A DNA stretch of 64,000 nt from Dehalococcoidia bacterium (GCA_965248115.1 CBDFII010000004.1:465999-529998); one strand, 5' to 3'. Counted from the first letter of the stretch, positions 1 to 10,881 are shown. Numbers and translations: made by a program. Notes: generated from the sequence alone by a model not told the origin.

Positions 1-1
1 G

Positions 2-754
2 AGCTTTCTGGGCCACGAGGGCAGGTTCAACGGAGAGGACATCATCGACATCATAGTAGAGCAGCCCTCCTGTGCTCGCTTCATCGCCCGGCACCTGTAC
101 AGCTTCTTCGTGGCCGACGAGCCACCGGTACCCAGCTGGACCACCACACCACCCCGGGATGAGGGAGCCATTCAGTATCTCTCCAAGGTATTTAGAGAGT
201 CCAAGTACGACATGAAGACGGTAATGAGAGCCCTGTTCAACGCGGACTTCTTCAAGGATGCCAGGTTCGCCCGGGTAAAGAGTCCGGCAGAGCTGGTGGT
301 GGGAGTGCTGAGGCTGGTGGGCGGCTATAACTTCCCCACACCCTTTTATGAAGAGGTGGCGATGCAGCCCACCTATATGGGACAGGACCTGATGAGGCCC
401 CCCAGTGTAGAGGGATGGCACACGGGGAAGGAGTGGCTCAACAGCGGGTCGGTGATGAACCGTGTGAACTTTGCCTCCAAGCAGGTGGGGGACCTGAGCA
501 GACCTGGGGTCCAGGCCATAGTAGAGAGGGTACGGGCCCGGGGCGTGCTGAGTCCCGAGGAGCTGGTGGAGGAGTGCCTGGAACTGATAGGGCCCCTGGA
601 GGTAGGGAAGCAGACCCATCAGCAGCTGGTGGAGCATGCACGAGAGGGAGATACGGTAAGGTGGGAGAGCGAGGAGGAGGCCCTGGCCTCTGCCCGACGG
701 GTGGCGGCCATGCTGCAGCTCATTGTGTCCTCCCCCGAATTCCAGCTAAACTAA
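2..754 (+). CDS. DUF1800 family protein, C-terminal part (5' end outside window)
   Basis: The frame of track ORF 110..754 stays open back to nt 2. The translation (SFLGHEGRFNGEDIIDIIVEQPSCARFIARHLYSFFVADEP...) is colinear with the complete DUF1800 paralogs at 37164(+), 47711(-) and 49969(+). Confidence 0.85.
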   Translation, partial: SFLGHEGRFNGEDIIDIIVEQPSCARFIARHLYSFFVADEPPVPSWTTTPPRDEGAIQYLSKVFRESKYDMKTVMRALFNADFFKDARFARVKSPAELVVGVLRLVGGYNFPTPFYEEVAMQPTYMGQDLMRPPSVEGWHTGKEWLNSGSVMNRVNFASKQVGDLSRPGVQAIVERVRARGVLSPEELVEECLELIGPLEVGKQTHQQLVEHAREGDTVRWESEEEALASARRVAAMLQLIVSSPEFQLN

Positions 755-858
755 AGAGAAAGCAGCACACAAAGAGCAAACGGAAGGGAGACTTCGTTGC
801 TCAGGCTCGGCGATAATGCACCCTCCGTTCAAAAGAGTGAAATCGAGGTAGGGAGCTG

Positions 859-1980
859 ATGGCCCTTATAACAATAGCTCGCGGCCGTGTTTACAACTTT
901 AGCCACGTAGTTGGGGCTAGGGCTTCTGGTCAAACTCCGGATGGAATGGGTGCACCAGGGTTAAATAGGCCTAACGCCATTGCGGTTGGTAAGGATGGCG
1001 TAGTGTACGTGTTGAACCGCCAGGACGGCTCAAGAGATAATCCGCGGGTGGCTAAAATAAAGATAGGAGGGCCATCCGAGGAGCGGTATCTCCTTACCAT
1101 CGGACGTGGGGGCTCTGAGGACGGTCAATTCATGTGGCCCGCTGGGGTGGCCCTGGACAAGGATGAGAACCTCTACGTTTCCGACGACTACCTTCACCAT
1201 GTCTCCATATTCGACAAAGAGGGAAAGTTTCTAGGCAAGTGGGGTACCCCAGGCAATGACCCTGGAGAGCTCAATGGCCCCAATGACCTTGCCTTTGATG
1301 GAGAGAACAACGTCTATGTGGTGGACGCCTTTAACCACCGGGTGCAGAAGTTCACCAAAGACGGCGTCTTTCTTGGTGGGTGGGGTCACTACGGCAGTGG
1401 AGAGGGCGAATTCAACATGCCGTGGGGGATCGATATAGATGACAAGGGTGCTGTGTACGTGGCTGACTGGAAGAACCACCGGGTACAAAAATTCAGCCAC
1501 GATGGGACCTTTCTCATGCAGATTGGCCGTCCCGCACCTGGTGCTGGTGAACTCCAGTATCCCTCATCCTTTCCGAGGCATATAGCCTTTTCGCATCTCT
1601 ACCGAATGGAAGGGGCCAACACCGGTGAGCTCAACCATCCATCTCATGTAGCAGTGGATAAGGATGGCGATGTTTACGTCTCGGACTGGGCTAACGACCG
1701 GGTTCAGATATATACGCCGGAGGGTGAGTTCTTCGCTTCCCTTTATGGAGACGCACAGGAAATTGGCAAGTGGGCTCAGGATCACGTGGGTGCGAACCCC
1801 GACGTCGCCAAAGCGATCCGCCGAGCCAAGAACATTGAGCAGATGTGGGAGTTCAAGATGCCTGAAGGTATAGGCATCGACCACGAGACGAACCGGATAA
1901 TTATCGCTGATTGCTTTAGGCGTCGCCTTCAGATTTATGTTAAAGAAAAGGATTATATAGACCCCCAGTTCAACCTGTAA
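859..1980 (+). CDS. NHL-repeat beta-propeller protein
   Basis: 373-aa ORF with repeated units of the NHL type (G.G.GQF..P.GVA.D..GN.YV.D..NHRVQKF). No signal peptide. Paralog of 46622(-) and 51394(+), sharing the N-terminal motif GRVYNFSH.VG and the C-terminal RLQIY.K.KDY.DPQFNL. Confidence 0.8.
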   Translation: MALITIARGRVYNFSHVVGARASGQTPDGMGAPGLNRPNAIAVGKDGVVYVLNRQDGSRDNPRVAKIKIGGPSEERYLLTIGRGGSEDGQFMWPAGVALDKDENLYVSDDYLHHVSIFDKEGKFLGKWGTPGNDPGELNGPNDLAFDGENNVYVVDAFNHRVQKFTKDGVFLGGWGHYGSGEGEFNMPWGIDIDDKGAVYVADWKNHRVQKFSHDGTFLMQIGRPAPGAGELQYPSSFPRHIAFSHLYRMEGANTGELNHPSHVAVDKDGDVYVSDWANDRVQIYTPEGEFFASLYGDAQEIGKWAQDHVGANPDVAKAIRRAKNIEQMWEFKMPEGIGIDHETNRIIIADCFRRRLQIYVKEKDYIDPQFNL

Positions 1981-2537
1981 TGGCTCTGGAATGGCCTTGT
2001 CGGGCTCCATAAACAAGAATGCAACGTCCCTGCCCTAGTCAAAATGTCTGTAGACAGCATTCTTCTGCATCCATGATTACAATTCCTTTATGGCATGCCC
2101 CCTTACCAAGTACCCATTGAGACCTTCGCACCAGTTACGAGCACCTGTGAGTTTAATGGACACCACCATCGTATGAGCCGTCTTCGGCGCATACGATGGG
2201 CTAAAACTACCTGAAGTTATAGCCACTCTCCCTGTTTATTTTAATTGAGGCCCCTATCAGCTTCGGGTGCATCTTCACTCGGGAGCTATCTACATTAGGA
2301 ACACCTAAAGGCATATCATACAAGCACAAAAACTATGCCTTCGTGCGGTTGTTGAAATATCTTGCGGCATATAAGTCAAAGTAAGTCAGCTTCATCCCCT
2401 TGTCCACACACTCCACATTCTGGCAAACTGTTCTATTGGAAGGAGCGCAAGGGCACTATTAAACCAGCAGAGAAACCGTCACAACCGATGCAGGCAGCCA
2501 GAGAGATAAGGCACCACTTCTACAAAGGGAGCTGTCT

Positions 2538-3845
2538 TTGTTAGGTATCCGGGCTACGAGGCCTACCCACCGCGTATTCTACGGCTGGTGGATCGTTCTA
2601 GCCGCGTCCGTGACCATGTCGATGTCAAGCGGCCTATTTAACCACGGCTTTGGATTTTACTTTGAACCCTTGAGGGCCCAGTTCGGATGGAGCCGTACCG
2701 TTCTGTCAGGGGCCTACTCTCTGACCAGGATAGAAAGTGGATTCCTCGGCCCTATAGAAGGCTATCTCATCCAGCGTTTCGGTCCCCGCAGCGTCATGGT
2801 GGTAGGGCTCATCATCTTCGAACTGGGCTTTGTTCTTTTCTACCGAGTAAACTCTCTCTTGACCTTTTACCTGGCCTTTCTTGTGCTGACCCTGGGTTCT
2901 GGTCTGGCGGGATTCAACGTGATGATGACATGCATCAACAACTGGTTCCGCCGCATGCGGGCCAGGGCCATCAGTATGTCTATACTAGGGCTTTCCCTTG
3001 GTGGAGTGATTTTCCCTCCAGTTCTAGCTTATGCTATCGAAAACTTCGGATGGCCCGCCACGGCCTTGGGATCAGGCGCCTTTATAGTTATGGTTGGCAT
3101 TCCCCTTGCCTGGGTGATCCGATACAATCCCGAACCCTATGGATATCTTCCCGATGGAGACCAGCCAGCCTCAGAGCAACCAGCGGTCATGTCTCCTGAT
3201 GAGGCTCCTGTATCCAGCCCACAACAACGTGGCTTCCAAGCAGAGTACGACTTTACTATCGGGGAAGCCCTCAGAACCCGTGCCTTCTGGATCATGTCCC
3301 TGGGGCACGCCCTAGCTATAATGGTAGTATCCACCATAGGGCTGCACCAAGTTCCCTTTCTTGAGACGGATCTTGGTTTCTCCAAGGCATTAGCAGCCCG
3401 TGTAGCCATGGTTCTCTTCGGTGTTACCACTTGCGGACAGCTGATCGGGGGATTTCTCGGAGATCGGTTCCCCAAGCAGTACATCGCTTCGGCCACGCTT
3501 TTGGGGCATGGCGGGGCTCTGTTCCTCCTTTCAACAGCTACAAGCTTCGCCCGGGTGATACTTGCCTCCGTGATCCAGGGTCTGGCTTGGGGCACGCGGG
3601 CTCCGATTACTACCGCTATGCGAGGTGACTACTTTGGCAGGAAGTCTTTCCCTTTAATCATGGGCTACTCTCAAGCTATCATGGTGGTCGGCATGGTATT
3701 GGGCACTCTTTTTTCGGGTTATTTAGCCGACCAGTTCAGTTACAGCGTCGGGTTTAAAGTAATAGCTATCTTTGCGCTGCCTGGTGCAGTCTTGTTCCTT
3801 TTCCTCAAAAAACCCAGGCCTCCGGCGAGGCATAGGAACGGCTGA
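2538..3845 (+). CDS. MFS transporter
   Basis: 435-aa ORF, highly hydrophobic with about 12 predicted TM stretches and a central hydrophilic loop. The N-terminus (FYGWWIVLAAS) is typical of MFS proteins. TTG start is uncertain. Confidence 0.8.
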   Translation: MLGIRATRPTHRVFYGWWIVLAASVTMSMSSGLFNHGFGFYFEPLRAQFGWSRTVLSGAYSLTRIESGFLGPIEGYLIQRFGPRSVMVVGLIIFELGFVLFYRVNSLLTFYLAFLVLTLGSGLAGFNVMMTCINNWFRRMRARAISMSILGLSLGGVIFPPVLAYAIENFGWPATALGSGAFIVMVGIPLAWVIRYNPEPYGYLPDGDQPASEQPAVMSPDEAPVSSPQQRGFQAEYDFTIGEALRTRAFWIMSLGHALAIMVVSTIGLHQVPFLETDLGFSKALAARVAMVLFGVTTCGQLIGGFLGDRFPKQYIASATLLGHGGALFLLSTATSFARVILASVIQGLAWGTRAPITTAMRGDYFGRKSFPLIMGYSQAIMVVGMVLGTLFSGYLADQFSYSVGFKVIAIFALPGAVLFLFLKKPRPPARHRNG

Positions 3846-3936
3846 CCTCCTGGTTGTTGGGATTTCACAACTCTTAGAACGTCAGCGCCCACTCTGACTT
3901 TTATATGTCCACCAAGTAAAGAGGACTAGACATACC

Positions 3937-5148
3937 ATGGTACGTATCTGGGCTCCATCTACTATTCCTTACGTGCAGATTGTTGTTGCTCTAGCTCTAG
4001 TTGGGAGCTTGGCCATCGGGTTTACCCAACAGGGCATTCCGATACTTTACCCTTTCATCCAAGAGGAATTTGGGGCAAGTCGGGCTCAGCTTGGCTTAAT
4101 CACCACTGCGCTTCAGGTGGGTGGAATGGGTACCATCATTCTTATAGGATGGCTCGCAGATACGATAGGCGTGCGGCGGGTCCTGACCGTGGCATTATTT
4201 ATGGTTACTATCGGGTTTCTCTTGTTCTCTCAGATTCAATCCCTGACACAGGGATTTCTGTTGGCCCTTCCTATAAGCATAGCAGCCACAGGTACTGCCC
4301 CTGCAACCACTAAAGCCATCATGGATTGGGTGAAGTCGCAGACCCGTGGTCTGGCCATGGGAATCAAGGAGACAGCCGTACCTATTAGCGGAGTTATCGG
4401 TGCCGTCCTTTTACCTTTCCTGGCGGTGACCTTTAGCTGGCGCATCGCCTTGATGTCCGTTGCAGTTATCATCGCTGTATCCGGTGTAGTTTTCTTTGCA
4501 TTCTATCGGGATAAGTCTGACAACGGGATAGGGAGAAAGAGGAGCGGCCTTCTAAGGAGCATAGGTATCTTGGCCAAGAACCGAGGCATCTGGCTAGCGG
4601 CCCTCGGTAATAATGTCCTGGTTGCCATGCACATCGTTGTCGTAAGCTATTTGATACTGTTCCTCAAAGAACACCTCGGTATGTCTGCAGCAGTGGCAGG
4701 CTCGTATCTGGCAATAGCCTTTACTGGCAGTGGAGTCGGACGCATTGGTTGGGGTCTGGTCAGTGACTCGCTGGGTGGACGCCGAGCAGTGGTATTGGCC
4801 TTTGTTTGTATGCTGATCATGGTATTTATGGCCTTAATGACCTGGCTACCTGCGGACGCCTCCCCTCTAGTGGTAGGGGTGCTGGTCTTCGTACTGGGGG
4901 CGACTGCTATGGGGTTTCAGGGCTTGCTACTCACTTTCGTAGTAGAGCTGGCAGGGGTGGAGCTTGCGGCAACAGCTACGGGCTTTACTCTCATCATCCA
5001 GCGAACAAACGCCTTCATTCCGCCTCTTTTCGGTCTGATTGTAGACCGGACTGGCTCCTACGACATGGCTTGGTTGATGATGGCGGGTATAGCGAGTGTT
5101 GGCGTGTTAGTGTTCGCCCTTGCACCACAGCAGCCGATGCGTCAATGA
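3937..5148 (+). CDS. MFS transporter
   Basis: 403-aa polytopic ORF with an AGAGGA RBS upstream of the ATG. Close paralog of 45244..46455(-), for example QQGIPILYPFIQEEFGASRAQLGLIT versus QQGLPILFPFIKEDFGASLAQLGLIT. Confidence 0.85.
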   Translation: MVRIWAPSTIPYVQIVVALALVGSLAIGFTQQGIPILYPFIQEEFGASRAQLGLITTALQVGGMGTIILIGWLADTIGVRRVLTVALFMVTIGFLLFSQIQSLTQGFLLALPISIAATGTAPATTKAIMDWVKSQTRGLAMGIKETAVPISGVIGAVLLPFLAVTFSWRIALMSVAVIIAVSGVVFFAFYRDKSDNGIGRKRSGLLRSIGILAKNRGIWLAALGNNVLVAMHIVVVSYLILFLKEHLGMSAAVAGSYLAIAFTGSGVGRIGWGLVSDSLGGRRAVVLAFVCMLIMVFMALMTWLPADASPLVVGVLVFVLGATAMGFQGLLLTFVVELAGVELAATATGFTLIIQRTNAFIPPLFGLIVDRTGSYDMAWLMMAGIASVGVLVFALAPQQPMRQ

Positions 5149-5320
5149 GTCCTGCTTACCTGGGCACAGGGCGAGGCATCCATTGGAACCAACCTCAGCC
5201 TAGGACACCAGGCATATTGAAATTATAAAGGGAATTCCCCACGACGGTGTCCCCCCTCACTATGCTGTGCTAAACTACTGCCAGATTCGGGAAGACACAT
5301 CTTAAGACGAGGACAAAACG

Positions 5321-6472
5321 ATGGATATACAATCCTTCAAAGTGCAAGTCCCAGAAGCGACCCTCCAAGACCTGAAAGACCGCCTGGCCCACACCCGCTG
5401 GCCCGATGAGATTCGGGATTCAGGCTTGGACTACGGCTCCAACCTGGCATATATCAAGGAGCTGGCAGATTACTGGCAGACACAGTTTGACTGGCGGGCC
5501 CAGGAGGAGGCCATCAACTCCTTCGCCAACTTTCGCGCCAACGTAGATGGACTTGGTATCCACTTTATCCACGAACGTGGCAAGGGCCCCAACCCTATGC
5601 CTCTTATCATCACCCACGGATGGCCCAGCTCCTTTTCGGAGATGCTAAAGATCATACCTCTGCTTACTGACCCTGCAAGCCACGGAGGAGACCGGGCGGA
5701 CTCTTTCGACGTGGTAGTGCCTTCTATGCCAGGCTACGGGTTTTCGGACCGCCCGACGGAAGCAGGAATGGGCATCTTCAAGATGGCCGACCTTTGGACA
5801 CAGCTAATGACGGAAGGACTGGGCTACCGTCGCTTTGGTGCCCAGGGTGGTGACTGGGGGGCCGGCGTGACTGCCCGCATCGGCTTCGCTCACCCCGACC
5901 AGGTAATAGGTATTCACACAGACTCGTTATCCTCAATCCCACCTTACTTAGGCCCTGGCACCCGAGAGGTGTCGCAAAAAGAGCAGGCGATGTTTGACAA
6001 GATGAAGAGCTGGCGGCAGGCCGAAGGTGGCTACGCCCATATTCAGGGGAGCAAGCCCCAGACCCTCTCTTATGCGCTGAATGACTCACCAGTGGGTGTT
6101 GCCGCCTGGATCGTTGAGAAGTTCCGCACCTGGAGCGATTGTGATGGCGATGTGGAACGGCGCTTCACCAAGGATGAGCTTCTTACCAACGTTACCATCT
6201 ATTGGGTAACTCAGACCATCAACTCTTCCACACGCCTTTACTACGAGGCTCAGCGTAACCCGTGGAGTTTCAAGGAGGGAGAGCGGATTCAGGTGCCCTG
6301 CGCTGTGGCTCTATTCCCAAAGGAGATAAACCACCCACCACGGGAGTGGGCTGAACGCTCCTACAACATCCAGCACTGGACTGAGATGCCCAGGGGGGGC
6401 CACTTCCCCGCTCTAGAAGAGCCGGAGCTGCTTGCCGAGGACATCCGCGACTTTTTCCGAAAACTGCGTTAG
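5321..6472 (+). CDS. Epoxide hydrolase (alpha/beta fold with EH N-terminal domain)
   Basis: The N-terminus F.V.VP...L.DL..RL..TRWPDE is the epoxide-hydrolase N-terminal domain. Also present are the HGWPSSF oxyanion motif and the GGDWGA Asp-nucleophile elbow. GAGGA RBS. Confidence 0.85.
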   Translation: MDIQSFKVQVPEATLQDLKDRLAHTRWPDEIRDSGLDYGSNLAYIKELADYWQTQFDWRAQEEAINSFANFRANVDGLGIHFIHERGKGPNPMPLIITHGWPSSFSEMLKIIPLLTDPASHGGDRADSFDVVVPSMPGYGFSDRPTEAGMGIFKMADLWTQLMTEGLGYRRFGAQGGDWGAGVTARIGFAHPDQVIGIHTDSLSSIPPYLGPGTREVSQKEQAMFDKMKSWRQAEGGYAHIQGSKPQTLSYALNDSPVGVAAWIVEKFRTWSDCDGDVERRFTKDELLTNVTIYWVTQTINSSTRLYYEAQRNPWSFKEGERIQVPCAVALFPKEINHPPREWAERSYNIQHWTEMPRGGHFPALEEPELLAEDIRDFFRKLR

Positions 6473-6502
6473 AGGTCAAGGACCAAGACACCAGCCGTCC
6501 AG

Positions 6503-7849
6503 CTAACCTTGATAGGCCACGTTAGCGCGATCCGTGACTAATCCCCTGGAACTGAGACGTATCAGAACCCCAGCAACACTTAGGAATAGGGCGGAAAAGC
6601 TCACGATCAGGAGGGCCAATCGCAAATCCCCCAAAGCCTCCTGAATCACGCCCGTCACCAGGGGACCCAGGGCTTGCCCCGCAGATACCATCGTCATAAT
6701 GAAACCTATGGCCACGGCAACCTCTCGGGGCCGGATGCCCGGGAGATGAAAGGGCACTGTCATTAGGATAGGCCAGAAGCCCCAAGCTATTCCATTGAAA
6801 AGCGCCAATAATACCAGGACAGGCAGGGAGCCGACCTGGGTCATGCTCACGTAGGTAGCCATCATGAGAATCCCCGATGTCAAGAGGATACGGTTCCCGT
6901 TTCCTGTGGTCATGAACAGGTGACTGAGCCGAAGTCCGGTGATACCCCCTACAAAGATGCCCAAAGCCAGGACTGCTCCGGACCATTGCAAAGATACCTG
7001 GTAAGTTTCCAGCATAAACGTTGGAAAGAAGGTAAGGAAAGAAGACCAAGCCACAGTCGCCCCCAGAAAGCCAAAGCCCGCCACCCAAAGGTCTCGATGA
7101 GAGAGAGCTCCCCTTAGGAGATTAGTCTTCTGAGAAACCTCCCGTCTCTGATACGCTCCAGTCACACGCTCCCTCCCCAGTGCTACCCAGAGGATGGTCA
7201 GCACAACGAAGAGAGCTCCAAAAAGATGAAGTATGGCTCTCCAGTCGTCGCCCAGTCCACGGAGGATAAAGGGTGCTCCCACCAACCCACCTCCCATAAC
7301 TAGGCCGAAGAGGGCATTACCCACGCTGTTGACCAGCACTATCTGCCTTGGGGGAAACCATTGTTGCATTAGGAGAGCTCGTGCTGGCTGCCTAGCGATA
7401 AGAGTGACTCCAAAAACAAGTCGGCCAACAAGAAGGATAGCAAAAGCAGGGGCCCAGCCCTGGAGAAAGAGGAAGAGAGTCCCCAGCACCATAGTGATTG
7501 TGGTGAGTATCTTTGGGCCGTACCGGGATGTCCACCAGCTCAATGGGATTGCCAGGGCCAGGTTGCCCCAAAGAGCGGACGAGCTCAGCAAACCCTGCTG
7601 GCTAGGTGATAGGTGAAGCTCTGAGCTTATAGCCGGCAAGAGAATCCCCAGGTTGAACACCACCATAAGACCAACCACACTGCTCAGGAGCCAAACTCCT
7701 ATGACTACCCAACGGTAGTTAGAAACATCCTCCAATACCCCTATTTTCTCAGACACCTGTCCCTCTAACGGCAATAGCTGCGATGAAAATAGCCCTTCAT
7801 CCTTCGACATTCTCAAGGTGATAGGATTGCCTCTGTCCCATGCACTCAT
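6503..7849 (-). CDS. MFS transporter
   Basis: 448-aa polytopic ORF with 12-TM-like hydrophobicity. The start is uncertain; an internal Met at about 7810 is also possible. Confidence 0.75.
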   Translation of the reverse strand: MSAWDRGNPITLRMSKDEGLFSSQLLPLEGQVSEKIGVLEDVSNYRWVVIGVWLLSSVVGLMVVFNLGILLPAISSELHLSPSQQGLLSSSALWGNLALAIPLSWWTSRYGPKILTTITMVLGTLFLFLQGWAPAFAILLVGRLVFGVTLIARQPARALLMQQWFPPRQIVLVNSVGNALFGLVMGGGLVGAPFILRGLGDDWRAILHLFGALFVVLTILWVALGRERVTGAYQRREVSQKTNLLRGALSHRDLWVAGFGFLGATVAWSSFLTFFPTFMLETYQVSLQWSGAVLALGIFVGGITGLRLSHLFMTTGNGNRILLTSGILMMATYVSMTQVGSLPVLVLLALFNGIAWGFWPILMTVPFHLPGIRPREVAVAIGFIMTMVSAGQALGPLVTGVIQEALGDLRLALLIVSFSALFLSVAGVLIRLSSRGLVTDRANVAYQG

Positions 7850-7978
7850 GGTTCGACAAGCTCACCATGAGTGGTTCTGTAGTCTTATTTATCCCTGAGT
7901 GTATCGGTGTGTGGAAATGGCTAACTGCGGTGGCAGAGGGCAATAATGGGGGCAGAAGCGTGCTGACTGGGGGAGAGT

Positions 7979-8905
7979 TTAGCTCTTCTCTCGACTCAAA
8001 CCTGCTTCCCTCGCAAACCACTCCATCAGCCGCAGAATTTCCTCGAAACTTCTCTCACGCATATCGAACCATCTAGCACTGTCAAAGTTAAAAAATCCCA
8101 GCACTACATGATTAAGGCCAGCTTTTTCGTACTGGGGCAGGGAGCGGAGCACATCCTCAAAGCTCTTCACCATGGCCATCGCCGCATAGGTCAAAGATCT
8201 GGGATCACGCCCAGCACTCTCAGCCGCCTCTTTGATGGTTTGGATTTCCCGGGGCAGCGCCTCGGGGTCCTGCCACCATGCATGGCCATACCAGCCATCT
8301 CCTAGTGTCCCCGCCCGACGAAAAGCATTCCGGCTATGGCCTCCGATCCAGATCGGAGGGTGAGGTTTCTGGACAGGCTTGGGCTCCATTCTCAGGTGGG
8401 AAAATGTGTGATAACGCCCCTCAAAACTCGGCTCCTCCTCGGTCCATAATGCTTTAATCGCGCGAAGGTATTCATCAGTTTGGGCACCGCGCTCATGGTA
8501 CGGAGCATCGAGAAGGGCGAACTCCTCGGCCATCCACCCCACACCTGCACCGAAGATTACCCGTCCTTGGGAGAGTACATCGAGGGTGGAGACCATCTTA
8601 GCCGTAATCATCGGGTGGCGGTAGGGAATAATGTAAACTCCTGTTCCCAGGCGAATGGTTGAGGTGCAAGCTGCCACATAGCTCAGCACCGTCATCGGGT
8701 CCAAGTAGGGAGTATCAGGCTTCTGCGGAAATTTTCCGAAATAAGGATATTCACTGGTCACTTGAGTGGGAATTACTATATGGTCTCCGACCCAAAGGGA
8801 GCGAAACCCCAAAGCTTCGGCCTGCTGCGCTACGGTTCGAAGCCGGTCCACCACTTGCTCACGAGTTTGCGGGCCTGTGTTTGGCAAGCTAACTCCAAAG
8901 TCCAT
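7979..8905 (-). CDS. LLM-class (luciferase-like) F420/flavin-dependent oxidoreductase
   Basis: MDFGVSLPN..., GF.SLWVGDH and R..LGTGV.I.PYRHP are hallmarks of the luciferase-like monooxygenase fold. Start placed at the ATG preceded by AGGAGGAG rather than the track start at 8953. Confidence 0.85.
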   Translation of the reverse strand: MDFGVSLPNTGPQTREQVVDRLRTVAQQAEALGFRSLWVGDHIVIPTQVTSEYPYFGKFPQKPDTPYLDPMTVLSYVAACTSTIRLGTGVYIIPYRHPMITAKMVSTLDVLSQGRVIFGAGVGWMAEEFALLDAPYHERGAQTDEYLRAIKALWTEEEPSFEGRYHTFSHLRMEPKPVQKPHPPIWIGGHSRNAFRRAGTLGDGWYGHAWWQDPEALPREIQTIKEAAESAGRDPRSLTYAAMAMVKSFEDVLRSLPQYEKAGLNHVVLGFFNFDSARWFDMRERSFEEILRLMEWFAREAGLSREKS

Positions 8906-9253
8906 AACTCCTCCTGTCGAGCGCACCTTAACATCGGTAGAATCGCTTGTCAAAAGCCATCTTCTCTATCCCGTGCAGCCAGCCATCAGCTACACCTCAT
9001 TAACGTGGCACCGCAGGCTCACCTATCCTGCCGCCTATTTCCCGATAGCACCGTTTCACAGTCCATTCTCTTCGTCCATCGCTAAGAGGCAGTGGTCAGC
9101 AGCTATCACTCTCTAGCTCCATTGTAAAACCGAGAGGGCATCAATCTCGCTATAAGCTCCTTTGCGGCTCGATAGCCAATTAATGCAAATATCTCTCTAA
9201 AGATATAGAATAGCAGGCCCGTTGGCTATATAAGAAGGGATGGCAAAGCTGTA

Positions 9254-10186
9254 TTGAATACCTTCCCGGATGAGAACCTTCTAACCAACATTGAAGCCGA
9301 GGCTGTATCAATGGCACGGAAGGCCGGAGATATCTTGGCCCGATATTTCGGTAAGAGCATTGAGGTGGAGTACAAACAGAAGAGGGAGCGAGACCCAGTC
9401 ACTACGGCCGACCGTGAGAGCCAGGAATACCTCAAGGAGGCTATATCCAGGTCCTTCCCTGAGCATGGCATACTGTCGGAAGAGGATAGCGAAGAGCAGA
9501 AGGAACCAGCCCCCGACACGGTATGGGTACTGGACCCTCTGGACGGCACAACAAACTTCCTCAACGGACTTCCACTGTATGCCGTCTCTATTGGGGTGCT
9601 GCACCAGGGCATTCCTGTAGTAGGTGCCCTATATATACCCTGGCCTTCATCCGGAGGAGGCGTCGTGCTCCACGCCCGAAAGGGTGGAGGTGCTTTTGTG
9701 GAGGGAGACCCCCTTAGTATAGGCGAGAAGACCCAGATATCCGAAAGCAACCGGCTGAGCAGCTTGCCTACCTCCTTTGGGGCCGTGTACCGATTTCGTA
9801 AAGGCATGCGAGGCAAGGTAGGGGAAGTAAGGCACACCGGCAGCATTGCCTACGAGCTATCAATGGCCGCCCTTGGCGTCTTCAAGTACGTCCTGACCAC
9901 AGGCCCCCACCTGTGGGACGTGGCAGCAGGAACTCTGTTGGTGCTGGAGGCGGGGGGCACAGTCCTAGTACGCCCGAGAGGATCAAAGGGCTGGCAGCCC
10001 GTCAACGCCCTTGTTCCTGAGTGGCAAACTGGCGCTATTAACTATGAGACCCTGCGCAAATGGTCTGCCTCCCTGATCTATGGAACACCCCAGGCCGCCC
10101 AGTTGGTAGCCGAACACCTTCAAAGGCGCCGACGTCCTCTATCTCAGGTTGTTCGGGGAATGTTTAGCCGGGTGCGGGCTAAATAG
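9254..10186 (+). CDS. Inositol monophosphatase family protein
   Basis: Contains the WVLDPLDGTTNF metal-binding motif and the downstream WD.AAG motif of the IMPase/SuhB family. TTG start is uncertain. Confidence 0.8.
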   Translation: MNTFPDENLLTNIEAEAVSMARKAGDILARYFGKSIEVEYKQKRERDPVTTADRESQEYLKEAISRSFPEHGILSEEDSEEQKEPAPDTVWVLDPLDGTTNFLNGLPLYAVSIGVLHQGIPVVGALYIPWPSSGGGVVLHARKGGGAFVEGDPLSIGEKTQISESNRLSSLPTSFGAVYRFRKGMRGKVGEVRHTGSIAYELSMAALGVFKYVLTTGPHLWDVAAGTLLVLEAGGTVLVRPRGSKGWQPVNALVPEWQTGAINYETLRKWSASLIYGTPQAAQLVAEHLQRRRRPLSQVVRGMFSRVRAK

Positions 10187-10308
10187 GGGTCTTAGTGGTG
10201 CGGGTGTGCTGCCACTTTCCAATATCACAACGAACCTGATATGAGAAAGCCAGAATAAAGTCGAGGTAGTTTGTGTTAAGGGTAGAGGGATACAAACCAA
10301 GGTGGGTC

Positions 10309-10881
10309 ATGGGTATATCGCGCATAAGATCTCTTCTGCTAGGCGGTCCCTTGGTTATCCTTATCCTTGGCCTTGTCCTCGCTGCCTGTGGGGGTGGGCC
10401 AGAGCCAACAGCGACGCCCAAAGCAACGCCCACAGCGTTAATGCAGGATGTAGATTCTGCACCTCAGTGGCAAATGACTCAGACTACATCTTACAGGATT
10501 GAGCTAGGCATCGGCCCCTTGATAACCATGATGACATCCTTCCCGATCATGTCGATGATGGACCAAGGACAGCCAGTCAATCACCATTTCGAAGTCCATA
10601 TATTCGACAAGAGCAGCGGAGCTAAAGTGAAAGACGTGATTCCCACAGTCACGATCACAGACCTGGCAACAGGATCTTCTCGAGGATTGGCCACAGACCA
10701 GGCGACAGGAACGTCGCAAAGAGTTGCTTTCGTGACGGCGTGTTTGATATCAAAGCACCGTGTGGTCGAACCTCACTTTGGCGACAACCTCTACCTCCCC
10801 GATGGTACCTATACCATTACTGTTAATGTCGGTAACGAGACCAAAATTGTCGAAAATATTGCTGTTAAGGGCTCTGGATAA
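10309..10881 (+). CDS. Hypothetical lipoprotein
   Basis: Signal peptide with lipobox LVLAAC-GGG. The mature part is beta-rich (HHFEVHIFD...GTYTITVNVG). No confident family assignment. Confidence 0.6.
   Translation: MGISRIRSLLLGGPLVILILGLVLAACGGGPEPTATPKATPTALMQDVDSAPQWQMTQTTSYRIELGIGPLITMMTSFPIMSMMDQGQPVNHHFEVHIFDKSSGAKVKDVIPTVTITDLATGSSRGLATDQATGTSQRVAFVTACLISKHRVVEPHFGDNLYLPDGTYTITVNVGNETKIVENIAVKGSG

Noticed and set aside
2167-2198. Strong hairpin CATCGTATGAGCCG-TCTT-CGGCGCATACGATG in the 520-bp gap between the NHL and MFS genes; considered as a terminator or riboswitch part.
   Set aside because: It has no U-tract and lies ~190 nt from the upstream stop, and I could not recognise any riboswitch consensus around it. 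It is recorded only as an unexplained structure.
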